Under the pieces are notes generated by a model, which searched no databases, was not told the DNA's origin, and worked only from the letters and a program-made list of their open reading frames with translations. Positions 1-9,381 of a stretch of DNA of 46,147 nt are shown here, one piece after another (position 1 is the first letter of the stretch; the number at the start of each line of letters is the position of its first letter). Position numbers and translations under genes: made by a program. This DNA comes from a virus (lineage: Duplodnaviria > Caudoviricetes): the IMG/VR virus record IMGVR_UViG_3300049782_000007, positions 1-46,147 of that record. One strand, 5' to 3'.

Positions 1-18
1 CTGCCTGACTACGGGTTT

Positions 19-58
19 CCAAGTCGCCCAACCTACGAATTTAAGTTAGGCGACTTGG
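19..58. repeat. Left-end inverted repeat (terminase-binding site or terminator for 74..331)
   Basis: CCAAGTCGCCCAAC / GTTAGGCGACTTGG, 13/14 complementary. Confidence 0.55.
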
Positions 59-73
59 TACCGCTACTTGGTG

Positions 74-331
74 TTACATCTTTCTCTCTACTCCCAGTAC
101 ATCGGCATACACCATGCCGTGGGAGTTGAATCGAGCCGCTGCAACCACTTCGGCGGGGTCTGATGGGTACTCGGCCGCAATCGGCTTCAAGAATTCGCTA
201 AGCCATGCAGTCAAGGACTCCACCGCCATACTCCGTGTGGCGTCTGACTCTACATTCATTCGCCCCTCTGCGGACTGGTACCAACGCCCATTGTGGCGAG
301 TCCACACAGTCACTGGCAGGTTCTCGTTCAT
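74..331 (-). CDS. Hypothetical protein (85 aa), probably leaderless
   Basis: ORF; TG-G-TAACAT extended -10 lies 6 nt before the ATG on the minus strand. Confidence 0.7.
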   Translation of the reverse strand: MNENLPVTVWTRHNGRWYQSAEGRMNVESDATRSMAVESLTAWLSEFLKPIAAEYPSDPAEVVAAARFNSHGMVYADVLGVERKM

Positions 332-355
332 AGATGAATGTTACCAGCAATACCA

Positions 356-386
356 GAAACCCCCGGCCCGTAGGCCGAGGGTTCCT
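356..386. terminator. GC hairpin terminator
   Basis: GAAACCCCCGGCC-CGTA-GGCCGAGGGTTCC between two minus-strand genes. Confidence 0.6.
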
Positions 387-398
387 CGCTGTATGTGA

Positions 399-608
399 TT
401 AGCTCAGGCCACGTGCTTTCTCGTTCGCTAGAACGGCACTCCTGATATCAAGGATCGAGTTCCGAAGCATTGTTTCAGCTTCCTCGATCACCCGGTCTCG
501 GATTGTGTCCGGTAGACGCTCCCCCAGTTTAGTCTCAATCATGTCAACCAAGTCCTTGACTTGATATTGCGTGTACTCAGCGCGATTACTCCAAGAGAAT
601 TCCACCAC
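399..608 (-). CDS. Hypothetical protein (69 aa)
   Basis: 3' part of the 399..905 ORF; GTG at 608 preceded by AAGAAGGGGGAA RBS. Confidence 0.65.
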   Translation of the reverse strand: MVEFSWSNRAEYTQYQVKDLVDMIETKLGERLPDTIRDRVIEEAETMLRNSILDIRSAVLANEKARGLS

Positions 609-635
609 TTCCCCCTTCTTTTGTTGGGAGTTTCT

Positions 636-911
636 GTGTCGCCTGTCTCCGAGTCTTGGCGACGCTCCCGGTATAGACTTCGCTACGGTATCACACCCGA
701 GGATTACGAACGTATGTTTGCGGTGCAATCCGGCCGGTGTGCGCTGTGTCGGAACCCCGAGGAAAACCGCCGCTTGGCCGTAGATCACGATCACGAGACC
801 GGTAAGGTTCGGGCCCTTCTCTGCGCCCGCTGTAACACCGCCCTCGGAAACCTGCGCGATGATCCGGCCCTGATGATCCGCGCCGCCGCGTATGTAGCCG
901 CGCACAAGTAA
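636..911 (+). CDS. Endonuclease VII-family (His-Me) nuclease
   Basis: YGITPEDY...CALC...LAVDHDHETGKVRALLCARCNTALG motif; GGGAG RBS before GTG 636. Confidence 0.85.
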   Translation: MSPVSESWRRSRYRLRYGITPEDYERMFAVQSGRCALCRNPEENRRLAVDHDHETGKVRALLCARCNTALGNLRDDPALMIRAAAYVAAHK

Positions 912-944
912 GGGCCCCGAGGTTTCCCCCGAGGCCCATTCACA

Positions 945-1133
945 CTAGCTTTCGTAACCTCGTTCTCTGTCCAGCTTTTCGCGGATACCTTGAAGGACCG
1001 TCTCGGTGCGTTGATATCCAGCCCGTTTCTCGTCGTTGGTCGCTTCGCGGGCTGCGGTCCGAGTCTCCTTTAGTGCACCAATAACGGCCCACCCCAAGAC
1101 ATCGGCCTCATCATCTGTCAAATCGAGTCGCAT
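945..1133 (-). CDS. Hypothetical protein (62 aa)
   Basis: ORF with AGGGGA RBS, upstream TGA-TACGCT -10, and shared hairpin at 912-937. Confidence 0.7.
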   Translation of the reverse strand: MRLDLTDDEADVLGWAVIGALKETRTAAREATNDEKRAGYQRTETVLQGIREKLDRERGYES

Positions 1134-1185
1134 TGTTGTCCCCTATGGAAGTTGGGGAGCCAGCGTATCACAGGGAGGTGACCCG

Positions 1186-1611
1186 ATGGGCGAACGTGGA
1201 CCAGTACCCAAGCGATCCGACATGCGCCGCCGAAAGAACAAGGCCGAGGTAGAGACCGCAACCGCGCCGAGCGCACACCCTGACGGGTCAACCGCTCCCC
1301 CGGCGGATACTTCCTGGCACCCTATCGCCAAGCGTTGGTACGACTCTCTGGCGCAGTCCGGACAGTCATTCTTCTTCGAGCCATCCGATTGGGCCCAAGC
1401 CGCGTACGTGGCCGAGGCCATGAGCCGGAACTTGAACCAGGGACAGCGGCTAAGCGGTCAGCTTTTCGCCGCTGTTGTGTCGGCCGCATCTGACCTACTC
1501 ACTACCGAGGGTGCCCGTCGCCGTCTGCGTATTGAGCTTTCCAAGGCCGAGGCCGCCGAGGTTGACTCGGGTATTGCCGACCTAATGGCCGCTTACAAGT
1601 CTCAGACATAG
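1186..1611 (+). CDS. Terminase small subunit
   Basis: MGERGPVPKRSDMRRRKN N-terminus typical of actinophage small terminases; GGAGG RBS; lies upstream of the large terminase. Confidence 0.85.
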   Translation: MGERGPVPKRSDMRRRKNKAEVETATAPSAHPDGSTAPPADTSWHPIAKRWYDSLAQSGQSFFFEPSDWAQAAYVAEAMSRNLNQGQRLSGQLFAAVVSAASDLLTTEGARRRLRIELSKAEAAEVDSGIADLMAAYKSQT

Positions 1612-1622
1612 GAACGTTCCTA
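1609..1622. repeat. Palindrome copy 1 (TAGGAACGTTCCTA)
   Basis: Exact; supplies the TAG stop of the small terminase. Confidence 0.95.
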
Positions 1623-1633
1623 GGACGACAGCA

Positions 1634-1660
1634 AAGGGGCCCCGTTTCCGAGGCCCCTTT
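1634..1660. terminator. Bidirectional terminator
   Basis: AAAGGGGCC...GGCCCCTTT. Confidence 0.7.
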
Positions 1661-1663
1661 CAC

Positions 1664-1783
1664 TTACTGCCGTTCGCACTTCCTTAGTGCGTAATCCGCC
1701 GCTTCCGCGTGGTCCATCCCAAGCGCCCTCCCCTCTTCAAAGTAGCGGCGGTACTGCTCGGTTTCAAACATCGGGTTAGACAT
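1664..1783 (-). CDS. Small hypothetical protein (39 aa, MSNPMFETEQYRRYFEEG...), not in the ORF track
   Basis: ATG with CGAGAGGA RBS; own TTGTGT-N17-TAAGGT promoter; ends at a terminator. Confidence 0.65.
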   Translation of the reverse strand: MSNPMFETEQYRRYFEEGRALGMDHAEAADYALRKCERQ

Positions 1784-1861
1784 TCCCGCGTCCTCTCGCT
1801 GTCGTGCCTGTGCCCCAGACCTTACACAAGGACCGCACCGGACACAACCAGGAGGGACCCG

Positions 1862-3481
1862 ATGGAACCCATCCGCACGATTGAAGACGACTACGTACCG
1901 CCGGACGATCGCACGCTAGGCGTGTGGTGCTTCCTGTGGTGCTCCAAGTACCTCGTTCAGCCTGACGGCCCGGACGCCGGTAAGCCGTGGCGCTTCACTC
2001 CCGAGCAAATCCGCATCATTAAGCGATGGTACGAGATTGACGAGAACGGCCGATTCGTTTACCGACAGGGAACGATCCGCCGTCTTAAGGGTTGGGGTAA
2101 GGACCCGTTCACCGCCGCGCTGTGTGCATTCGAATTCGTCGGCCCCTGCCGTTTCTCCCATTGGGACAAGGACGGGTATCCGGTCGCCAAGCCACAGCCT
2201 GCGGCATGGGTTCAAATTGCGGCTACGTCGATGGACCAGACGCGCAACACGATGACGGTTTTCCCGAATTTGTTCAGCGCCGAGGCTATCGAGAAGTACG
2301 GAATTGACGTAGGAAAGCAGATCATCTATTCCGCTGTCGGAAACCGCATTGAGGCCGTGACTAGCTCTGCTCGTGCCCTTGAAGGTGGTCGAAGCACTTT
2401 TAATCTCCTGAACGAGACTCAGCACTGGATTGAGACCAACGGCGGGCACGCCATGGCGCTCACCATTGCGGGAAATCTCGCCAAGTCACGCGGCGGTGGC
2501 GCTCGCAGCATGGAGATCACGAACGCCCCCCTGCCCGGTGAAGACTCGGTGGCTGAGCGGACCTATCACGCGTGGTCCAAGCTGCGGGACAAGGGCGAGG
2601 ACGTACCCCGTCGAGCCGGTGTGTATTACGACAGCGTAGAGGCTCCTGGCATTTCCGATCTTGCCGACCGTGAGGCCCTAGAGGCTGGCATCCTTGCCGC
2701 CCGAGGTGACGCCACGTGGCTAGACGTGGATTGGATCATTTCCACGATTTACGCCGGTACCTATCCGGCCTACCAGTCACGCCGAATGTTCCTCAATCAA
2801 CTTGTTTCCGATGATGACTCACTCATCAATCCGACCGACTGGGACGCGTGCAAGGTAGACGATTCCCTCAAGCGCGGTGACCGGATCACCCTCGGTTTCG
2901 ATGGTGGCAAAACCGACGATGCAACGGCCCTAGTGGCTATGCGAGTGTTGGATCGGTTCGTTCAGCCGCTAGGCATTTGGGAAGCACCGGACGGCCCGCA
3001 GGGCGAGAACTGGGAAGTCCCCAAAGATCAGGTCGTTGACGCCGTTCACGCTGCGTTCGCCACCTACGACGTAGTTGGCTTCTTTGCCGACGTTGCGCTG
3101 TGGGAGGCCGAAGTTCAAGCGTGGTCCGAGGAATATCGTTCCCGACTTGTCGTCAAGGCTTCCGGCAAAAGCACGGTTGGCCGGGATATGCGCGGTGGTC
3201 TCGCTGAAATCACGCAGGCTAACGAACGCCTCGTTGCCGCTGTCGAGTCTCACGCTATTCGGCACAACGGGCACCACACGCTACGCCGACACGTCATGAA
3301 CGCTAAGCGGAAAATCAACCGCTTTGGCGTCAGTTTCACCAAGGAACACCGCGAGAGTAAGCGCAAGGTCGACGGTTATGCAGCGCTTCTACTTGCCGAT
3401 CTCGCACGTACCAACCTACTCGAAAGCGGAAAGCTCAAGCGGCCACGTTCCGGCCGAGTTTGGGGTTTCGGCGGCATGTGA
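1862..3481 (+). CDS. Terminase large subunit
   Basis: RRLKGWGKDP Walker A, LLNETQHW Walker B, LGFDGGKTDDAT nuclease motif, KVDG; GGAGGG RBS before ATG 1862. Confidence 0.95.
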   Translation: MEPIRTIEDDYVPPDDRTLGVWCFLWCSKYLVQPDGPDAGKPWRFTPEQIRIIKRWYEIDENGRFVYRQGTIRRLKGWGKDPFTAALCAFEFVGPCRFSHWDKDGYPVAKPQPAAWVQIAATSMDQTRNTMTVFPNLFSAEAIEKYGIDVGKQIIYSAVGNRIEAVTSSARALEGGRSTFNLLNETQHWIETNGGHAMALTIAGNLAKSRGGGARSMEITNAPLPGEDSVAERTYHAWSKLRDKGEDVPRRAGVYYDSVEAPGISDLADREALEAGILAARGDATWLDVDWIISTIYAGTYPAYQSRRMFLNQLVSDDDSLINPTDWDACKVDDSLKRGDRITLGFDGGKTDDATALVAMRVLDRFVQPLGIWEAPDGPQGENWEVPKDQVVDAVHAAFATYDVVGFFADVALWEAEVQAWSEEYRSRLVVKASGKSTVGRDMRGGLAEITQANERLVAAVESHAIRHNGHHTLRRHVMNAKRKINRFGVSFTKEHRESKRKVDGYAALLLADLARTNLLESGKLKRPRSGRVWGFGGM

Positions 3482-3495
3482 AGAAAGGGGCCGGA

Positions 3496-4911
3496 ATGGC
3501 GGATATTGCCACGCGCCTACAGTTCGGCCTAGACCGAATGCGCTACGACTATGACGAGCGTCTAGAGACGATTGATCGTTATTACCGTGGTCGTCACGCT
3601 GGCCCCTACATGCCGCGCCACGCTGATGCTGAGTACAAGCTACTTGCCAAGCGCTCTATTCATAACTGGCTACCGTGGATTGTTGCCGCGCCCCTACAGA
3701 ACCTACAGGTAGACGGCTTCCGTCCGTCCTCGGGCAAGGGGGACGCTGTATGGGACATTTGGCAGGACAACCGCATGGACGCGCGACAGCGGATCGTTCA
3801 TGAGGGGGCCCTTGTTTACGGGCATTCTTACGTTGTAGTCGGTGACGACCCGGACGGCCCCACGATAAAGCCGGTTTCGGCTATGCGCATTTGGGCCGCA
3901 TACGATGACCCCGTAACCGATGAATTCCCGCTGTACGCCATTCAGGTTTTCAAGAACCCAGACACTGGTGTTGAGGAGCGCGTTCGTTACTACGATAACC
4001 GCGAGGTCATCGACGTAGCCAACAAGGACGGCCGATGGGTGATTACCGGCCGCAAGACTCACCGGTTCGGTGTTACCCCCGTCGTACGATTCGCCGCACA
4101 GATTGACCTACTCGGCCGCTCGGTTGGTCTCGTAGAACCGCTCATCCCAATCTGTGACCGCATCAATCAAACCTGGTTTGACCTGCTGATCGCGCAGACC
4201 TACGGATCGTTCAAGGTCCGATACGCAACCGGCATGGCTCCCCCGCTGGATATCGACCCGATTACCGGCGAGGTACGCACAGACCCCGAGACGGGCGAAC
4301 CGCTATATAAGCCGGTTCAGTTCGACCCGACGCGCGTCATGATGGCCGAGGACCCGGACACCCAGTTTGGTGAGCTGTCCGAAACTCCGCTTGATGGATT
4401 CCTTAAGGCTCTAGAGCTGAATGTGCAGCATATGGCCGCCGTGTCACAGACTCCCCCACACTACCTACTTGGCACCATGGCCAACCTGAGTGCTGACGCT
4501 CTGGCCGCTGCCGAGAGTGCGCTTATGCGCAAGGTGGATGCCCTCAAGCAAGCATTCGGGGAATCGTGGGAGTCGGTTCTACGTCTGTGCGCCAAGGCCG
4601 CAGGTAAGACCAAGCTAGCGACCGACCGTAAGGCGCAGGTTGTTTGGCGTGACACCGGTTCCCGTTCGCTGGCACAGACGGCAGACGCGTTCGGCAAGCT
4701 CGTACAAATGGTGAGCGTTCCGCCCGAGGCCCTATGGGATAAGCTCCCCGGTTTCACGCAGACAGACATTGACCGGTTCCATGAGTACGCCGAAAAGGCG
4801 GACCCTGCACAGAAGATGGCTAACGCGCTGGCCAAGGCGACGGTTCCCGCACAGCCGGGAATTCCGCCACAGCCCGGACAGCCACAGCCACCGGCACAGG
4901 GGGTTAAGTGA
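3496..4911 (+). CDS. Portal protein (SPP1 gp6-like)
   Basis: Position after terminase; ~470 aa; DRINQT and NLSADAL motifs of actinophage portals. Confidence 0.9.
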   Translation: MADIATRLQFGLDRMRYDYDERLETIDRYYRGRHAGPYMPRHADAEYKLLAKRSIHNWLPWIVAAPLQNLQVDGFRPSSGKGDAVWDIWQDNRMDARQRIVHEGALVYGHSYVVVGDDPDGPTIKPVSAMRIWAAYDDPVTDEFPLYAIQVFKNPDTGVEERVRYYDNREVIDVANKDGRWVITGRKTHRFGVTPVVRFAAQIDLLGRSVGLVEPLIPICDRINQTWFDLLIAQTYGSFKVRYATGMAPPLDIDPITGEVRTDPETGEPLYKPVQFDPTRVMMAEDPDTQFGELSETPLDGFLKALELNVQHMAAVSQTPPHYLLGTMANLSADALAAAESALMRKVDALKQAFGESWESVLRLCAKAAGKTKLATDRKAQVVWRDTGSRSLAQTADAFGKLVQMVSVPPEALWDKLPGFTQTDIDRFHEYAEKADPAQKMANALAKATVPAQPGIPPQPGQPQPPAQGVK

Positions 4912-5717
4912 CGCAAGCGGATTACGACCGCGCGTCACGGGACTACTACGACGAACAGCTATCCATAGCCGCAAGCCTCATGCAGCGTGTCATTCGCTGG
5001 TTTCGCACGCTTAACCCGCGTGCCCTACATGCCGACGCTGACATGCTGTGGGAGGTCTACCGGGACATGGTGAGTGAGGCACGGGGCCGGTCCTATGAGG
5101 CCGGTACCCGGTTCCACAGCCAAGCCCGTAACGCGGCTGGTCTTCCAGACATAGGAACGTTCCTAGGTCGAAACGAGACGACCGAGGCCCGACAGGCTGC
5201 GGCTAGCTATTTTGTCCACACTGCGCCCGTGACCCGCGAAATCCAGCGGGGCCGACTAGATGACCCCGAGTTTCTAGCCGAGATTGACGACATTATGTCC
5301 CGTGCTGGAACCAACCTTGCCCGTGATGCCGGACGACTAGCCGAACAGGGCGGACGGGATGCGCTGGCAGATGCCCGCGAGAATGACCCCGAGGTTATCG
5401 GCTATTACCGCAAAACTGACCCGGACCCTTGCGGATTCTGCGCCATGCTCGCTAGCCGAGGTCTCGTTTACACCGAGGATCGGAACGCATCGCGTCGTAC
5501 TCGGTCATGGGTGGACGAGCAGAACCCGGATCAGTACCACCCCGATTGTCACTGTCAGACCCTCCCCCTTTTCCGTGGTCAGTCCATGCCCGCTGACGAC
5601 CGGCGACGTGCCGATGAATACGCGCGCATGTGGAACGACACCGAGGGCTCCGGCGAGACGCAGCTAAAGAACTTCCGCGACCGTATCGACGCACAACGGA
5701 GAGAACGAAATGGCTGA
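4908..5717 (+). CDS. MuF-like minor head protein (often annotated as capsid maturation protease)
   Basis: CGFCAMLASRG...YHPDCHC motif; lies between portal and scaffold. Confidence 0.75.
   Translation: MTQADYDRASRDYYDEQLSIAASLMQRVIRWFRTLNPRALHADADMLWEVYRDMVSEARGRSYEAGTRFHSQARNAAGLPDIGTFLGRNETTEARQAAASYFVHTAPVTREIQRGRLDDPEFLAEIDDIMSRAGTNLARDAGRLAEQGGRDALADARENDPEVIGYYRKTDPDPCGFCAMLASRGLVYTEDRNASRRTRSWVDEQNPDQYHPDCHCQTLPLFRGQSMPADDRRRADEYARMWNDTEGSGETQLKNFRDRIDAQRRERNG
5152..5165. repeat. Palindrome copy 2 (inside CDS, read as DIGTFLG)
   Basis: Exact match. Confidence 0.95.
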
Positions 5718-6210
5718 GAAGCCCGAGGGCGAGACCAAGCCCGAGGAGACGACCCCCGAGGCCAAGCCTACCGAGGAGACCAAGCCCGAGGCTAAGCCCG
5801 AGGAGACCAAGACCCCTGAGACGCCACAGGCGCCCGTCTCAGAGCCTTCTGCGCCTCCGGTAACCAAGGCGACCGGGACCACTCCCCCGTCCCCTCAGAC
5901 GGCCGTACAGGGCGACGACGAGGCCGCTAAGGCTAAGGCCGAGGCTGATGCAGCCAAGACCGAGGCCGAAAACCTCAAGCTCGAACTAGAGCGAGAGCGC
6001 ATGGCCCGCAAGTACGGCGTCCCGGATGAACTAATTCCGATGCTTCGCGCTGGCTCCGTAGAGGCGGACGCAAAGGCACTTACCACGTTCGCCGGTCGAG
6101 GTTCCTCGCTTGGGACCGGTGGCCTAGACCCGACCGACACCGACAACGACCCCAAGGCCGAGGGCAAGCGACTAGCCGAGCGGCTGTTTGCCAAGTCTCG
6201 CCGTTTCTGA
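5710..6210 (+). CDS. Scaffolding protein
   Basis: Acidic ETKPE repeats and coiled coil; directly before the capsid gene. Confidence 0.8.
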   Translation: MAEKPEGETKPEETTPEAKPTEETKPEAKPEETKTPETPQAPVSEPSAPPVTKATGTTPPSPQTAVQGDDEAAKAKAEADAAKTEAENLKLELERERMARKYGVPDELIPMLRAGSVEADAKALTTFAGRGSSLGTGGLDPTDTDNDPKAEGKRLAERLFAKSRRF

Positions 6211-6227
6211 TCAGGGAGTAACCCCAC

Positions 6228-7238
6228 ATGTCCGAGTTTATTAAGCAGCAGGAAAAGCTAGCTGCAACCGCCCTCCCCCTTCTACAGCGCACGCTGATCA
6301 TGTCCCGTCTTGTGGACACTCAGAGTGGCGACAGCTTCCGGGGTGCCAAGGGTGACGTTCTGAACATTCGTCGTCCGGCTGTTCTGGCCGCTCGTTCCGA
6401 GGCAATCACGCGTAGCAAGACGCGAAGCATCCTGACGGACGAGATCGTTGAGAGCACGATTCAGGTCAAGCTATCGGATCACATCTATTCGGCCGTTGAT
6501 ATCACGGATGCCGAGGCTACGCTTGACATCGAGTCGTTCGCGGATCAGGTCCTTTCCCCCCAGGTATGGTCAATTGCTTCAACCGTTGACCTGTACGTTC
6601 GTGACGCTCTTGGAACCCTACCTAACCTTACCGATAAGAACGGTACGGTAGTTACGATTCCGCGTGACGCTGACCCCGAGGCTCAGGCGCGCAATATTCG
6701 CATGGTAATTCCCCGCCTGCGTAAGAAGTTGAACGACAACCACGTTCCGGCGGGTGGCCGTGTGCTGGTGATCGGTACTGAGCTTGAGGCAATCATGCTG
6801 ACCGACCCGCACCTTACCAAGCTGGATGAGTCAGGTACGACGGATTCCCTGCGTGAGGCAACCCTTGGTCGCCTGTATGGCTTCACCATCGTGGTTTCTG
6901 ATGTGATCAACCCTGACCACATGATTGCGCTTCACCCTACGGCGTTCAAGCTAGCCATGATTGCGCCGAACGCTCCGGCCGGTGCCGCATTTGCATCCTC
7001 GCAGTCTGCGGACGGTGTTGCTATGCGATACATCCGGGACTACAACAGCGATAAGGCTATGGACCGATCGTTCCTGTCAGTCTACGTCGGTATCTCGCCG
7101 GTACTTGACCCGCTGTTCAACGCGCGTGGTCAGTACGTGGACGCAACCGGCGCGGTTATCGCAGAGCCTACGCCCGAGACGATTGTCAAGGCTCAGCTAC
7201 GCGGGTACAAGGTCGCACTTGCTCCGGAGGCTCCGTAA
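6228..7238 (+). CDS. Major capsid protein (P22 coat-like family)
   Basis: 336 aa; GAKGDVLNIRRP, LREATLGRLYGF and IRDYNS motifs; position. Confidence 0.9.
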   Translation: MSEFIKQQEKLAATALPLLQRTLIMSRLVDTQSGDSFRGAKGDVLNIRRPAVLAARSEAITRSKTRSILTDEIVESTIQVKLSDHIYSAVDITDAEATLDIESFADQVLSPQVWSIASTVDLYVRDALGTLPNLTDKNGTVVTIPRDADPEAQARNIRMVIPRLRKKLNDNHVPAGGRVLVIGTELEAIMLTDPHLTKLDESGTTDSLREATLGRLYGFTIVVSDVINPDHMIALHPTAFKLAMIAPNAPAGAAFASSQSADGVAMRYIRDYNSDKAMDRSFLSVYVGISPVLDPLFNARGQYVDATGAVIAEPTPETIVKAQLRGYKVALAPEAP

Positions 7239-7255
7239 CCACAGGGGGTCCAACA

Positions 7256-7269
7256 TAGGAACGTTCCTA
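7256..7269. repeat. Palindrome copy 3, inside the hairpin GGGGGTCC...GGGCCCCC (7244-7281)
   Basis: Exact match downstream of the capsid gene. Confidence 0.95.
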
Positions 7270-7302
7270 TGTCGGGCCCCCGTTCTTTAGGGAGGTTTGC
7301 AA

Positions 7303-7725
7303 ATGGCCGCCCTTGCAACGGTTGCCGAACTACAGGCGCGCATGATGGTGACCTTTACCCCAGTGGAATCGGTTGCGGCTAGCTCTGCTATTGACGATAT
7401 TTCCGCCCTGGCGCGTCACTACGGTCTGCCTACGTGGGGTAACACCACACCGGTCCCCGAGGCGGTCAAGGCTGTTGTCCTCGCTGTGGCAGAGCGTCGT
7501 ATGCGCAACCCCGAGGGTTATGTCTCCGAGATGGCCGGTGAATATCAGTACCGACTACCCGAGGCCGGATCGGCTGGAAACTTTTTCCGCGAGGATGAGC
7601 TAACCGTTATCCGTCAGGCTTCCGGTCGTGTAGGGCTCGCATCGGTACCGGTTCAGCGACCGGTCAAGGTAGCGCACCACCGCTACTACCCATTCGGAAA
7701 GGACTACCGGAATGGCGATCTTTGA
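7303..7725 (+). CDS. Head-to-tail adaptor
   Basis: LATVAEL...RRMRNPEGYVSE motif; GGAGG RBS. Confidence 0.8.
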   Translation: MAALATVAELQARMMVTFTPVESVAASSAIDDISALARHYGLPTWGNTTPVPEAVKAVVLAVAERRMRNPEGYVSEMAGEYQYRLPEAGSAGNFFREDELTVIRQASGRVGLASVPVQRPVKVAHHRYYPFGKDYRNGDL

Positions 7726-8035
7726 CCGTGCGCCGGTAGTTGCCAAGGTCTATCCCGCCGTAATGGTCGATGATGGTTACGGCGGGACCAAGCCGGGCGA
7801 AGGTGAGCCGGTAGAGGTGCGCGTTTTTGCCCAGCCTCTGAACGCCGAGGACCCCGAGGGTTGGTCACAGCCCGAGCGGTTCAAGATCATGGGCCGTTAT
7901 CTCCCCGCTGGCCCGTGGTCCCGAGTGGACATGATGGGCCGACGCTGGTCTGTTGCGCGGACTCCACGCCGACATTTCGCCACCCGTCGCACGACATTCG
8001 ACACGGCTGAGGTGGTGGCAGTTGGCGACGGTTAA
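7712..8035 (+). CDS. Head-to-tail stopper
   Basis: DDGYGG motif; position. Confidence 0.7.
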   Translation: MAIFDRAPVVAKVYPAVMVDDGYGGTKPGEGEPVEVRVFAQPLNAEDPEGWSQPERFKIMGRYLPAGPWSRVDMMGRRWSVARTPRRHFATRRTTFDTAEVVAVGDG

Positions 8036-8324
8036 ACGTGGTCTCGGTAAGCGGCTGGCCAGCCTCCCCGGTGTGAATGACGCCGTGCACGAGGAAGCCG
8101 TACGCCGTGCCTACAAGGTTCGCAGTGCTGCGGCTAGCCACCACAACACCGGTGACTTTCAGCGGTCCATCAAGGTAGTCAAGGCTTCCGGCCCGCACCG
8201 CCGCCAAGACTGGCTAGTCAGCATCACGGACCCCAACGCAATCAGCATCAATTGGGGCCACATCGACAGCAAGACGGGCCGTCCGGTCCGAGGTATTCAC
8301 GCGATTGAGAAGGGGCTTGAATGA
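8022..8324 (+). CDS. Neck/tail-completion region hypothetical protein
   Basis: Position; DPNAISINWGH motif; TTG start inferred. Confidence 0.65.
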   Translation: MATVKRGLGKRLASLPGVNDAVHEEAVRRAYKVRSAAASHHNTGDFQRSIKVVKASGPHRRQDWLVSITDPNAISINWGHIDSKTGRPVRGIHAIEKGLE

Positions 8325-8734
8325 CCGCAGTTCTCCCCGATGTTGAATCCCTCGTTCTCAAGGCCCTACGCGCCGGTCTCCCGGACGTTCGCGCGGCCGT
8401 GGACTATCCGGCCGACTGGGACGGCACAAGCCCTCTCATCGTCACTCACCGGGTAGGCGGGGCCGCTATTGACCCTCGGTTCGCAGACCGCGCGCTGATG
8501 GACGTTCAGTGTTTCCACACAGACCGCCGTGAGGCTTCCCGGCTAGCCCGCAAGGTGCGAGCCGTCCTCGTTGACGCGTGCCGTACCAAGGTTGCCGACG
8601 CCGAGGGTTCGCTTGCCCACTTCACAGAGGTAACCGGCCCGTGGTCTCCCGGCCCCGGTGACAACGCCAACGTTAGCCGGTTCATCGCTACCTATCAGCT
8701 AACGGCGCGTCCAGCGCTGAACACGGAGGGCTAA
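8321..8734 (+). CDS. Tail terminator
   Basis: PDVE...RVGG...DVQCF motif; precedes the major tail gene. Confidence 0.75.
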   Translation: MTAVLPDVESLVLKALRAGLPDVRAAVDYPADWDGTSPLIVTHRVGGAAIDPRFADRALMDVQCFHTDRREASRLARKVRAVLVDACRTKVADAEGSLAHFTEVTGPWSPGPGDNANVSRFIATYQLTARPALNTEG

Positions 8735-8737
8735 TTC

Positions 8738-9292
8738 ATGGCTCAGAACGATACCGAGGTTGTGCTACCGGGCACCGGTTACGTGTACCTCGCCAACCCG
8801 AACACAGCAAAGCCCGCCGCAGGCTTTGACCCTCTCGCACCCGGTACCGGTTGGGATGCAGTCGGTCACACGTCGCTAGAGAACGGCATCGAGTTTGGTC
8901 GTGACGGTGACGACCCCGAGACGCGCGGTTCGTGGCAGAACCCAAAGCTACGAACGACGAACCCGGATGTTACCTACTCGCTGACGCTGAACGCGCTACA
9001 GGCTTCCGCCGAGACCTACCGACTGTACTTCGGTGCCGGTGCCGGTGCCGTACAGGCTGACGGTTCGTTCAAGATCCCGGCCAAGCCAGCGCCGCAGGCA
9101 AAGGCAATGCTGATCGTCGTCGTTGACGCGTCTCACATGCTGCCAATTTGGCTGCCGAACGTCTCGCTACTCGGCTCGGACGCAATCACTTTCGACCCTA
9201 CCGCGCTGCTTGAGTTCCCGATCACGGGAACCATCCTCGCCGGTACGGATGGATCGCTTGGTGATATCGACGCGTTTGCCGCTCTGACCTAG
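8738..9292 (+). CDS. Major tail protein
   Basis: GTGYVYLA...VGHTS...SWQNPKLR motif of actinophage tail tube proteins. Confidence 0.88.
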   Translation: MAQNDTEVVLPGTGYVYLANPNTAKPAAGFDPLAPGTGWDAVGHTSLENGIEFGRDGDDPETRGSWQNPKLRTTNPDVTYSLTLNALQASAETYRLYFGAGAGAVQADGSFKIPAKPAPQAKAMLIVVVDASHMLPIWLPNVSLLGSDAITFDPTALLEFPITGTILAGTDGSLGDIDAFAALT

Positions 9293-9303
9293 GAACGTTC
9301 CTA
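9290..9303. repeat. Palindrome copy 4
   Basis: Exact; supplies the TAG stop of the major tail gene. Confidence 0.95.
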
Positions 9304-9313
9304 GGATCTAGGC

Positions 9314-9350
9314 CCCTCCCCCGTAGTCACTGGTCCCGCTACGGGGGAGG
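9314..9350 (+). terminator. Hairpin after major tail gene
   Basis: CCTCCCCCGTAG...CTACGGGGGAGG 12-bp stem. Confidence 0.65.
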
Positions 9351-9381
9351 CTCATTCTCGGGACCAGCGGAGGGACCAGAC

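Noticed and set aside
609-905. N-terminal 99 aa of ORF 399..905 (-)
   Set aside because: Antisense shadow of the EndoVII gene; a good RBS supports a start at 608
1709-1861. Longer N-terminus for the large terminase (also 1036 for small terminase, 17023 for endolysin, 19376 for repressor)
   Set aside because: Downstream starts have clear RBSs, and the extensions overlap promoters, terminators or antisense genes
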